Source of the DNA: Octopus sinensis
Lineage: Eukaryota
Length of the DNA stretch: 64,000 nt
Reading direction: 5' to 3'
NCBI RefSeq assembly: GCF_006345805.1
Contig: NC_043002.1
Coordinates: 30,070,001-30,134,000, forward strand
In this document: positions 28,370 through 41,271 of the stretch, piece by piece
Numbering within the stretch: the first letter of the stretch is position 1
How the letters are laid out: every line of letters begins with the position of its first letter
Program-made: the position numbers and the translations under genes
Notes under the pieces: model-generated
Seen by the model: only the letters and a program-made list of their open reading frames with translations
Database searches by the model: none
What the model was told of the DNA's origin: nothing

Positions 28370-28966
28370 AGATGTGGATATATACTTATGTGTATGCATG
28401 TGTGTATATGTTTGTGTATGTGTGTGTGTTTGCGTGTATGCAACCATTTCTTAAGTTAAATAAAAAATATTGTTGTATTTCTCTCATTGAAGAATATAAC
28501 GATATAAAATAATGAAGGTTTCCCTCTTGAATCACTACAACCAATCAAATAATTATGAATGGCGGTGCCCCAGCATGGCCACGGCTCGTGGGCTGAAACT
28601 AGATAAAATAAAGATAAAATAAATATGATCTTTCATCTCATTCAGCTTCCGAATATACTGAGACAGAGGTGGATATATTTTTTTTTATCTCACGCTACAG
28701 GTTTAATTACCAGTATTTTTTTATAATATGCTCGCATTTAGTTACATGGATTACATTCGAGGTCTTACTATAACATATGCGGATGTTGTTTTGTGAGGCA
28801 CTGCTGTATATTCAGTATAAGTGTACAGGAAGTGTTGATGCTGCAATTTCACCTGCATTTACAATAGCAATTCCGCCGCAACAAATTTCACAAAGTTAAG
28901 ACAAACTTTCAACTGGTCTACAATTGATTCAAGTTCAGTACACACACACACACAACACACACAAAC

Positions 28967-29152
<186 letters not shown>

Positions 29153-29527
29153 CATTCATATATAGATATATACATATATATATATAAATATAAAGACAAG
29201 TAGATATAGATATACAAATATATGTATATACATATAGATGTATGTATTACCATATACATACGTACATATATATATATATATATATATGTGTGTGTATGTG
29301 TATATATATTCACTTATATATACTTACATATATATGTCTATATATCTATATTTGTATGTATTGTACAAACAATCAAGATTATGTGCACTCGCATATACAA
29401 ACACACATCACACGTAGGTGCTTAGATGACCATATTTAACTATTTAACTACATACTTATATACATATACACATACATATGTATACATACATATATAATAT
29501 ATATATATATATATATATGAATGCATG

Positions 29528-29577
<50 letters not shown>

Positions 29578-30409
29578 TGCATGTATGTATGCATTTTTAT
29601 CTATGTATTTTTTGTATGACTACAAAGAGAGCACGAGTTTGAGATACGTTAGATAGCTGGAAATGTGAAGATATTTAAAGTGAAACATTAATGACTGTCG
29701 CGTATGATAATGAATTCAAATCAACATTTCGAACGCTCCTCTACCTTATTTTCAACCTACTTTAACTAAAACACAACTCTTACTCCTACTATTTTGTCGT
29801 CATTGACGCATTTCAATCTTGTATGGCGTGATAATTACATCAAATTCGCCCCCCCCCCCGCTACTTCCACCGCTACCACTGTATTGTCTATTGCTATCAT
29901 TTTATATTTTTAGTTTTTACTTTGATTATATACGAAACAAATTCACACATTTGTATCTTTGTTAATCGTAGACATTATTTCAAAGACGTTTGCAGAATTA
30001 ATTCTTTGCTAATGTTCTTCCCTACCTGAATAACACATATGCACGCAGACACACACACACACACACACACACAACTCTGTCACCATCAACACCAACACCA
30101 TCACCATCGCACACTAGTTCTTATAAATCTATTCTTATTGTACTTCTTGGATTTCTTAGTTATTATTTTTTCCCTTGGCATCATGCTTCCCTCCATTCTA
30201 CTAGTTTGTGTGAATATATGCATATGCGTATGTATGTCTTAAATTATGTAGTTACGCATGCGTCAAAGTAAGTTTATAAGTATGCACGAATCTATATTTA
30301 AGTGCATATATACATACATATATATACATACATTTATATATATATATATGTATTTATAGGTATATATGTATATATATGTATGTATGCATGTATGTGTGTA
30401 TGTATGTAA

Positions 30410-30443
<34 letters not shown>

Positions 30444-30565
30444 GTATGCATAGAAGTATAGTGGGTCTAACGCGTGTATAATCTGTAAGTGAACAAATAC
30501 GAGTTTTAAAGTATTTGTATATTCTGTACGGAACACATGTGCATATATATGTGTATGCATTTGTT

Positions 30566-30633
<68 letters not shown>

Positions 30634-31033
30634 GTGTGTGTGTCTGTGTGTGTATGTGTGTGTGTGAGTGAGTGAGTGTTTTTGTGTGTGTGTATAGACA
30701 TATATGTATATATATATGCATATATACACACGTGTATATAAATATATGTACATGTACTTATATATGCGTACATATATATATATATATATACAAGCTCAGA
30801 CACACACTCACGAACACAAATGCACTCATAAATTTGTGTTGGCACTCTCCCCTTATAAAGCGTTAAATGAATGCCATATTCTTCGAATCTTGTTCTATCA
30901 TTCTTTTTAATCTCGATTTTGTGCGCAGGTGTGCTTGATATTTTAATACCTAAGTGTAGGTATTAATGTTTACTCTATGTGCTTGCATTTGTGCATGTGC
31001 TTGTGACTCTTTGTGAATATCTATATATATATA

Positions 31034-31402
31034 GGCGTAGGAGTGCCTGTGTGGTAAGTAGCTTGCTTACCAACCACATGGTTCCGGGTTCAGTCCCACT
31101 ACTTGGCACCTTGGACAAGTGTCTTCTACTATAGCCTCGAGCCGACCAAAGAACTGTGAGTGGGTTTGGTAGACGGAAATTGAAAGAAGCCCGTCGTATA
31201 TATGTATATATATATATGTGTGTGTGTTTGTTTGTCCCTCCCAGCAACGCTTGACAACGGACGCTGGTGTGCTTACGTCCCCGTAACTTAACGATAGAAT
31301 AAGTACTAGGCTTACAAAGAATAAGTCCTGGGGTCGATTTACTCGACTGAAAGTGGTGCTCTAGCCTGGCTGCAGTCAAATGACTGAAACAAGTAAAAGA
31401 GT
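31034..31402 (+). mobile_element. Near full-length tRNA-derived SINE
   Basis: Head GGCGTAGGAGTGCCTGTGTGGTAAG...GGTTCAGTCCC, internal (TA)(TG) microsatellite, tail CAGTCAAATGACTGAAACAAGTAAAAGAGT. Confidence 0.9.
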
Positions 31403-31914
31403 AATATAGTGTGAATACCTCTATTCTAGAAATCTCAAAAAGAGAGTTTTTTTAAATAGTTTGCAAACCTTTAATGCAATATTAATTAATTAGATTTAGA
31501 GGATCAAAGTCGGTTGATTTGTTCGTAAAATATCCAAAATTTCCAACACTTATGTATGACTTTTTCCTAAATCACTAGTGATAATTGGTACAAAAGTAAA
31601 AAGCCTCGAACCAAGATTCATGAACTATAATTAGCGAATGAGTACGCTACAGATCTTCTTTCCTACCACTTTGGACAAGGCATCTAAATTTATTTCCGTG
31701 AACATGATCTTAGAAGTGAAGACTTATTTAACAAGGCTAGTAATTGAGGCACGTGTTTTAAAGTAATTATTTATCGTATACTCAGTGAATAGACTCCCGT
31801 GCCATATATAACTATCAAGCACTCTGTATGTACGTTTCTTTCGCTTTTTTATAATTATTTGAATTCTGTCTTTGAAGAAGAATTCTTTGAAAAGTTTCTA
31901 AAAAATATTATTAG

Positions 31915-32690
31915 AATTTAGATAACAAAATGAATATCATTTTTTAAACTTGAGTAAATGATGGATTGGATGTGTAGTTTTCGAATTAGCTTTCTCCATT
32001 CTGGATTTGAGAAACCTAATTTCTCAAGATTGTTTCTGGATTGCAAACGAGACCCTTCAAAGTGGGAGGTAATAATCCGGCTATTCGTCCATGATAGACC
32101 GCTTTGATGATCAATTTTACTATCATCTCGGAGCTTCTGATCATATAAACTCATTCTTTCATCTGATGGTACGTTGTGGTAAGTCGTGCGACTTCTTTGG
32201 GAATGTATTCTAGGTTATCAGACAAAGAATGTTACTCAAGGAGCTGCCTTCGATGTCTTATGATGTTGTCAGCCTCATGTATGCAAACTTGGTCAAGGGA
32301 TAGACGTCGACACTTGGTGGTTAAAAGAGGTTGCCGAAGGGATATGATGCGACATTCCAAGGCGTTTTGGATCGATATTGAGCCTCTCACACCTTGTTTA
32401 AGTTTTAGGTAGATGAGGTCTACGTCACTGTTTATGTGGAAATTATGTTTGTTTTTTTAGTATATTTCGGGTTTTCACATCAAGGATCCCATCAAGCCAC
32501 AAATTAAGCATCCCAAACTCTGGTATGAGTACTGGTACTGCATACACATTGTAGGCCACTGTTTTATTGAATACAGAGTGTTCTGACATCCAAATTTTCT
32601 TTATTCGGATGTAATATTCTTTAGTGGCACGTATTTTGTTACAGGTGCTATTGTAAGATATGTTTTGCTCCACACCTAGATTTCTGTAAC
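31915..32690 (-). pseudogene. Dong/R4-like LINE fragment (RT thumb fused to C-terminus by internal deletion)
   Basis: YYIRIKKIWMSE.S.FNK..AYN.YAVPVL...FG...LDVKTR.IL; NFH.NSDVD.IYL...QG.RG; LSWT.SR.ITSHFEG joined directly to NLEKLGFSNPEWRKLIRKLHIQSI. Confidence 0.8.
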
Positions 32691-33599
32691 TGCATCCAGC
32701 AGTGGAAACTGGTTCGGAGTTGCAGGGTTTTGAACAAGGCTTTGGTCGATTCGACGCTATAGGAGAAGACAGTTGCCCAAGGTACCACTCAGTGGGACTG
32801 AACCCTGAACTATAATGTTTAGAAGGAAGCTTCTTACCACACAGCTACGCCTGCTCCTATGTCGTTGGTAATTTTTTTTTTACCTCAGTGTCACACCTGA
32901 TCCTACACAACTATAAGTAAAAGCGTTCCTCTTATGACTGTTTCAGCTTTTTTTTTATTTCAGGCATGAAATAGAACCTAATTATCCACAATGACTGATT
33001 TATTTACTGGTTGTTGTTTTTAGGGATAGTTGTTTGTCATTTCAAGCCGGTCGAATTATCATATAGCGCAGTGATTTTCAAATAGGTTATCGTGACATCC
33101 ATATATGTCGTACACAATACTTAGGCGTATCAGTGTTTGAAACTTAAATTTAAACTGACAAAAAGGTGACAAAAAATATCAAAGTTCATATTCCAAAAAC
33201 GGAAGATTGCAGAGAGAGAGGAAGAGAGAAAGAGTGAGAGCAGGAGAGAAGTGAGAGAGAGTGAGAGAGAGAGAGAAGAGAGAGAGAGAGTGAGAATGAG
33301 AGACGAAGAGAGAGAGAGGTGGGTCAGTAAATACAGAAGTAGCTAACAGTTTCTCTGGGAATGGGGTGTTTTCTATACTGGAGAAAGATCAAAGATGTCG
33401 TTACCTTATGTATTGGAAGATAAGCGAGGTCAGAGAAATTTTGGAAGCTACTGATGGGAAAAAATATTTCGTACGCCTGCGTGCTGAAAATCTGGGTTGG
33501 GCCCTTGCTGTGAGCTTGCTAATTATTCTTCTTTTTATTATTGGCATTAACATTATCATTGCGTATCTGTAACAAGGAAAACTAATTAAGAAATGTAAA

Positions 33600-33787
33600 C
33601 AGGCGGAGGCATGGTAATAGGCGCAGGCGGCACTGTATTGTTAAGAAGCTGGTTTGTCAAGTTTGTGGGCTTCGGTTCAGTCTCGCAGCGTAGTACCTTC
33701 GGAAAATGTTTTCCACTATAGCTCCGGGCCGACCAAAGCTTCCAGAGTGGATCTGGTAAACGGAAACTGAAAAAAAGTCTGTAGTAT

Positions 33788-33790
<3 letters not shown>
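33600..33790 (-). mobile_element. SINE 5' half (31034 family), degenerate
   Basis: CTATAGCTCCGGGCCGACCAAAGC...GGATCTGGTAAACGGAAACTGAAA matches the family body. Confidence 0.65.
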
Positions 33791-33836
<46 letters not shown>

Positions 33837-33837
33837 T

Positions 33838-33874
<37 letters not shown>

Positions 33875-34255
33875 CAATAGACTTTATAAATATATATACA
33901 TACATACACGTATACACAAGAGATTAGATAGATACATGTGTGTAAGTGCGCGGGCGTGCGCAGGCGTGTGTATGCGTGCGTTGGTGTGTATGTATGCGTG
34001 TGTGTGTGTCTTTGTATTTGTCTATGTACCCATTGGTATCGGCATGTTTACGTCTCTGTAAGGTGACCGATGGAATAAGTATTAGGCTTAACAAAAAGGT
34101 AAGTACTGGGCCGATCTGTTCGACTAAACTCTTGAAAGAGGTGCCCCAGCATGGTCGAATCCAAGTCCAATCAACGAAACAAGTAAAAGATAAAATATTA
34201 AAACTAGGCAGACAAACGGATTTTCAGATAGCCAAAAAGACGGTTTTATATGCAC

Positions 34256-34638
34256 ACTAGCAGTATCGCCCGGCGTTGCTCGGGTTTGTAAGGGAAATAA
34301 CTATAAAGCATTTTTAGAGAGTTATAGCCAAAAAATAGCAATAAAATGGAAAAAAAAATGGTAAATTTTTTTGAGAGTTAAAAAGGTCGAGTTGCGTCCC
34401 CTAGACAGTCTGTGGTTTGTGTTTCTGATTCTCGACCCCATGTCGAATTTATCGATTTTTTTCAGAATTGGGGGAACTTTTCAAAATTTTCGCTGCGTTA
34501 GTTTTGAATTATGACATTGGGCTATGTGTGTGTCAAGTTTCATCAGAATCGGTTGAAAGCCGTGGTCAGGGTGAGGGTACAACCTAACAGACACACAGAA
34601 ACACACACAGACAAACTGCCGTTTATATATAGAGAGAT
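34256..34638 (+). mobile_element. Non-autonomous Helitron/Helentron-type (Lep1/HINE-like) element
   Basis: Starts ACTAG with a subterminal hairpin CCCG-GCGTTGCT-CGGG. Contains the AAGTTTCATCAGAATCGGTTGAAAG motif and (CA)-rich ACAGACAAAC near the end. Ends TTTATATATAGAGAGAT. Confidence 0.7.
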
Positions 34639-35437
34639 ACTTCAGCTTGTGTCACTTCACCAGAAGAAGAAGCTCTGCAATCACAGCAGTTTACATGGAC
34701 CCTAACTTTAATGTGAAGAAAATTAAAGGCACACAGAGATAGTTTTAGAATACGGGATTGATACAACTGGTAGGTTTCTGATTATAAGTCTACTCGAAAA
34801 GGGCTGACCTAGGGTTAAATAACAATTATAAAACGACAGAAATCTTCCACAAAGTCAGATTGGCATAAAACCTAAAACACTACGTCACCAGTTATCTTCT
34901 ATTGTTAAACAAACACTTCAACCCTCCACCAGTCTTTAACTCCACCCCACACACATAGACACACATGCACTCACACGTCTACATCTAGATATAAAAGCAC
35001 ACACACACACATGCACATACACATCTAGATATGCAAGTACGCCACACACACACACACACACACAACACACACACTAAACTAAACTAAATAAATTGACCAT
35101 CACTTAGATAACCACAGGTTGTCAGTGAATATGGAAAATGGCCGTAAGTCATGAAATCATAAAACATGTCGTCTACAGAGACAACCAGTGATTTCTAGTC
35201 GGAGATTCTGGACAGTTTTAAGACCTTTCCTCCACCAGTCTAAACCGATCGATAATCTGAAATGACTGTTTTCTAGCCAGGCTTGATTACTCGAGGCGTA
35301 ATTTGCGGGACAAACAAGGTCAATGATGCTATAATAGGGTCACGCTCTTTTATCGTCGCCTGTCTTTTTTTTTTCTTTTGCTGGCTTTTTACTATCTATT
35401 TATCCCGCCTTACTCTCCTTTCTCTCTCTGTCCTTCA

Positions 35438-35473
<36 letters not shown>

Positions 35474-36447
35474 TTTTCACTCGCTCACTTTGTTTCTCCC
35501 GCCTTTGGTTATTACCTTTTGTCTTCCACTTTCCTTTTTACTTGCACACAACTAACTGTTCGTTCGCCATCCTTTAATTTTTTTTCTTATTTTCTCTTGT
35601 TTCTTTCTTTTCCTCTTCTTCTCTTCTCTTTTTATATCTTCTTTGATTTGTTCACTTTGTTTTATATTTTTGCGCTGGTATAGTCTTAAGCACGAAGTTC
35701 TTTCCATCCATTGCCTCCCCACCCTTTCCGAAGTCAGTTAATTTGATTTTGTTAATTTTCTGCTTAAACAATTACAAGCCAACGACTGCAAGAAAGACGC
35801 ATTCACTGAATGAATGGAAACCAAGAAGGCCTGCATTTGTTCGGGGAAGACTAGAAATACAGGTCAGTGTCAGGCCTGAACATTTTGAGCACAGCATGGG
35901 TGACAAGCGGAGAAAGGTACGAGTGGGTCAGAACTGCCTGAGTGGCGCCTGGTGACAGAAGACTAACCAAATTTGAGAAGGAATGGCCGGTGTAATAGCA
36001 GTATAAAAGGCAACGAAAAGGAATAGCACTTTTAAGGGCAAAATGTATATGTGTTTGTGAATGATTTCAAGTCAATAATTTAAGTGATTTTTTTCCCCTA
36101 AAATCGGTCTAAGATTACTCTGAACGTAGCTGCATCACCGTACAACATATGGTAACAAAACTAAGTTGCGTGGCTCATTTCTGCTTTTAGAGTGTTAGTG
36201 AGGGGTTAAGTTATTTACTGGCTCTGAAGAGGAAACTTAGTCATTAGGATGCAGCTTTGCTATTCATACGGTGTATGTTATTCAGGAGCATTTGAAGTAA
36301 TCGCGATTACTCTTGTAGAGCGAGGCTCACATTTAAGGGGAAATAACTTGTGATAATATTTTCTTGATAAATACGGTGACTGTGTTTTTCTCCCCAGATG
36401 AACGAAACAAGATTGATGTAGTTGTTATTGTTTAGATCCGAGATCAA

Positions 36448-36625
36448 GGCGGCGAGCTGGCAGAAACGTTAGCACGCCGGACAAAATGCTTAGCAGTATT
36501 TCGTCGGTCTTTACATTCTGAGTTCAAATTCCACCGAGGTCGACTTTGCCTTTCATCCTTTCGGGGTCGATAAATTATGTACCCTCCCACAAAATTTCGG
36601 CCCTTGTGCCTAGAATAGAAAAGAT
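36448..36625 (+). mobile_element. tRNA-derived SINE
   Basis: GGCGGCGAGCTGGCAGAA head, GAGTTCAAATTCC B-box, CCTTTCGGGGTCGATAAA domain. Confidence 0.85.
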
Positions 36626-37682
36626 TGATTAGATCCCAGATCATCATCCATTGTGCAGTCCTATGACCAAATGCATTCCATCCGTGGTCATAGCGTCATT
36701 TCTCTTGCATAATTTATCCAATGGCTGCATCATCATTCTGTTAAAACTTTAAACCAGTGAATTCTGGTATGAAAGAAATTTGAGCGGTTTCTTGCAGATT
36801 TCTAGAAATTGAGTAAGATATAGAAGGTCTCTTGTTATCACGTTGCGTTATTGTTAGTTCGACAGATAAAAATATTTTGAGTCTTAACTAAGATCGGAAA
36901 TGTAATTGTTTGGTAATAACACCTGAATCTTCTATTCAGCAATCATATCACTGATATTGCGTTTCCCTAATGTTTGTGCCCAGACCCTTCCTTTCGACCT
37001 TGTACATCATTAACTTCCCGCCCCATTGAAACAATGTTATTATAATTTTTTTTATGATTCAATGCTTAAGATAGAAAATAGTCCCTAGTACTCAGCGTCC
37101 CCTAAATTATCTATAATTATCCCACAGAGTCATTAGAGTTCCTTTTGTGACACATTGATTATGAGGATGTGTCCTATATAGAATTAATAAAACGTAGAGT
37201 TCTATTGTCTGTTATATACAAGTTTTACTGTCTTAGATTCAAACCCCAAATTACAAGCTAAAAATAATAGACAAATCTTTCTCAAATCAAATTCGACTTC
37301 CTGAAAAGTGGAAATGGATACATTAAATAATGTAGTCTTTGATAGCCTTAAAAAGACAGGCGGATCATGGTTAGAAACCATTGTATCAGAAGCCTACATG
37401 ATCGGGGACGTATTGGTGGAGGGGTATCATCAACAATACTTCCAAGCCACTTAACGAAATATTGAAAATACTCAATGATGTTTCAATATAAAGAATGAAA
37501 TTAGAGCCACTGGAAAATAGAGCTGGTCTGTCTTGGTTTAAATGGGTTAATTAATTTCATAAATAAATTTTTTGGCGTTGAGGTCTGGTAGACAGAGTAT
37601 ATATAATTTTGATTTCACTGAATCTGAATGTAACGCAATTATATCTAAATCACCGTTCACCGGTTGCAGAATTTTTAAAGAA

Positions 37683-37953
37683 TGGGGTCGATATAATCGA
37701 CTTAATCCGTTTGTCCGTCCTTGTTTTTCCTCTCTGTGTTTAGCCCCTTGTGGGTAGTAAATAAATAGGTATTTCGTCTGCCGCTACGTTCTGAGTTCAA
37801 ATTTCGCCGAGGTCGACTTTGCCTTTTATCCTTTCGGGATCGATAAATTAAGTACCAGTTACGCACTGGGATTGATGCAATCGACTTAATCCCTTTGTCT
37901 GTCCTTGTTTGTTCCCTCTATGTTTAGCCCCTTGTGGGCAATAAAGAAATAAG
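37683..37953 (+). mobile_element. SINE-derived head-to-tail repeat (tail-body-tail, period about 184 bp)
   Basis: 37683-37768 recurs at 37867-37953 around a body that has the B-box but no A-box head. Confidence 0.75.
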
Positions 37954-38886
37954 CATCAGTTTCGCCCAGTTTGCCATCGCCAAAACGTTAATGGGAATTG
38001 TCCCACTCGCACCATATCAAACGCATGTAAAACAACACACACCTTAATTTACAGTGCTGCCACTGCTTACTGTCCATTCCTATGCAACCCTTTTGGTTAC
38101 ATACTTCACAACTACATGGAGTTGGTAACTGATACTTAAGTTAATACTATTCACATTATGCACTTTCGATCTCATGATACGGACCATTGTCTGTTTAGTA
38201 GTTTTCTCAATATAGATAGTAAAATTATACGATAGATAGTTTTTTTGCTACGCTTTCCTTTTTTTCTTTCAGTTTTACGATAAAATTTTTGAGTGCGGTG
38301 GTGTATGAATACCTCTGTGTATGTGGGTGTCAACGCGGGTCTTTTCCTTGCGATACTGCCTCTGTGTTCCTCTGTAATTACACGTATAGATACCTGCTAT
38401 CAAATTTGTGTTTACTTTATACACGGTCAGTTTTTATAGTAATTTTAGCAGGAACATTGCACAACATCTAAAGATGGTCAAATTTTATTGAAGCTGACAT
38501 TTTTGTCTCACTTCTACCTTCTCACATTCACACACACACACACACACGCACACACACATATATAGATACATATACATAGTTACATATAACGATATACAAA
38601 CATCGCCACACACACCCACGCACACGCACATACGCGCGCACACACATACATATATAGATGCATATTTACATATATATATATATATGTGTGTGTGTGTGCG
38701 TGTGTGTGTGTATGTGTGTGTACACACACACACATATATATATTACACTGTCTCTATACCTAAATGTGTGTACCAGCTTGTATCAGTAAGGTAATGACAT
38801 GCATCATTTTATTATAGTTTTTTATAGACCATTTTAAGTCAACATATACACATCTCTCTCTTTCTCTGTCTCTCTCTCTCTCTCTC

Positions 38887-38925
<39 letters not shown>

Positions 38926-38950
38926 CACACACACACATATATATATAGAC

Positions 38951-38997
<47 letters not shown>

Positions 38998-39104
38998 GCA
39001 TATATACACACATATAAATAATAATTATATTTACATATATGCATATCTACATGTATATATATACATACATACATGTATATTGAATGTCTTTACGTATGCG
39101 CATA

Positions 39105-39220
<116 letters not shown>

Positions 39221-39745
39221 TAAACACACTACTATAGGTATATGTGCATGATGAATGCACGTGGTCTGTTGGCTGGAATATTGAGCCCACGCACATAAGT
39301 TCGTGCGTTCGATTTCTCTTCTGGGCAGCGGGTCGTGTCCACCAAGGAGGCATTTTATTTTAAGCTAATCTCCCGCCCCTACCCAAAAGAAAATGAGTAA
39401 CAACTGAAATTTGACGTAGCCATATGACACTCTGGCTCTCACACAGTGGATACGCGGCTAAATCAAATGTGATGCGGAGGCCATTCACCCACACAAACAT
39501 ATATATATATATATATATATGCATGCTTGTATATATGTATGTATTCTTATATGCATGTGTGTATAAATATGTGTGTCTGCCTATATATATATCACATATA
39601 TATATATATACGTATTGATATGTATATATGTATATGTGTGTAAACATATATATATACACATACATATATACATGAACTGAGAGAGAGGGAGAGTGAATGA
39701 AAGAGAGAAGGAGGGAGATATATATATATATATAATATATATATA

Positions 39746-39803
<58 letters not shown>

Positions 39804-39996
39804 TAAAGAGAGAGTGGGGTTAGGTTGGGGTGATTTCGTTTACACATTTCTCACTTTATTGCCTTCTTTCCAACTCGGAAATTGATTCGTTACAATTTAT
39901 GACAGCCTCGCACAACAATTGAAGCTGCACAATTCTAATATAGCCCTCACCGAAACTCTAATGAGGTCTACTAAAAATCCTAGCCCGTATGTGTTT

Positions 39997-40078
<82 letters not shown>

Positions 40079-40867
40079 CTGTGTGTATGACTGTGTGGGT
40101 TTGTGTTTGTGTGTAAACATCTGAAGCCCGTCAAAGAACCAAAGTGCCACTTAAAGGATGTAAAAATGGCTGATTTACTTAGTTTATCTTAATTTATTGA
40201 TTGATTGGTTAATGTACCTCTTTACATAGATTGAACTATAGCAACAACAAAAGCTAAAACAACAAAAAAAAAAGGCATAAAAATTTCGGCAACAAACGAA
40301 CAAAATAAAATGCAATCGATTTGCCTTCTGCAAGTTTTCTCGATGTTAAGGCGTCTTAGCTTCGATATTTTATTGTGTTTAAATTTGACCGGTCTCACCA
40401 GCCTCACTGGCATTTAAGTTTTGGCCTTCCCTTTATATTCATATAGAAACACACATACAATCAGAAGAAACATACCACTCGTGCAAACATACACGTTATG
40501 ATCTGCGCTCATGTTTATAAAAGTACTGGTGTACACACTTGTAGAGACACATACTCATGTACAAATGTATAGGGGCAAGTAATTAATTATATCATCAATG
40601 AACCAAGGACTGAATCACTGCGATTTGACTTGATTTCTTTGAAATATCTCACCCGTCTCATTCGAACCACGCTGTACTGCCTCAAGAGAAGTTTGCTTGG
40701 ATAATGCATCCTTAGACAAAATATTGCTCATAGTATTTAAGCCTATGCAGCTATATCATTTATTTATTCATTTAGATTGTAGTTCATATATTATAAGTAT
40801 AAAATTAAACTACATACACATATATATCTATATATATATGTGTCTATATAGAAATACATATCACAGT

Positions 40868-41153
40868 CATCACCGTGACCGACCAGGCTATCAGATGTTG
40901 CTATACATCGCTGGTCACAATGCGCTTCGCATTGTTTTAGCCTTCAAATGACGCCATCCTGCTGGCTAAGCGAGCAAGCCAACAGAAGAATGAGTGAGAG
41001 AAAGTTGTGGCGAAAGAGTACAGCAGGGATCGCCACCACCACCTGCCGGAGCTTCGTGGAGCTGTAGGTGTTTCCGTTCAATAAACACTCACAACGTCCG
41101 GTCTGGGAATCGAAACCGCGATCCTACGACCGCGTGTCCATTGCCCTAACCAC
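40868..41153 (-). mobile_element. tRNA-derived SINE
   Basis: CCGGTCTGGGAATCGAAACCGCGATCCTACGACCGCG is shared with 22028-22291. Confidence 0.75.
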
Positions 41154-41182
41154 GTATAATATATATATATATTATATATATC

Positions 41183-41218
<36 letters not shown>

Positions 41219-41236
41219 TACACATATATATAAATA

Positions 41237-41270
<34 letters not shown>

Positions 41271-41271
<1 letters not shown>

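Noticed and set aside
35779-35862. Possible 84-nt plus-strand exon ending CAG|GTCAGT
   Set aside because: The acceptor lacks a pyrimidine tract and the peptide is unrecognisable.
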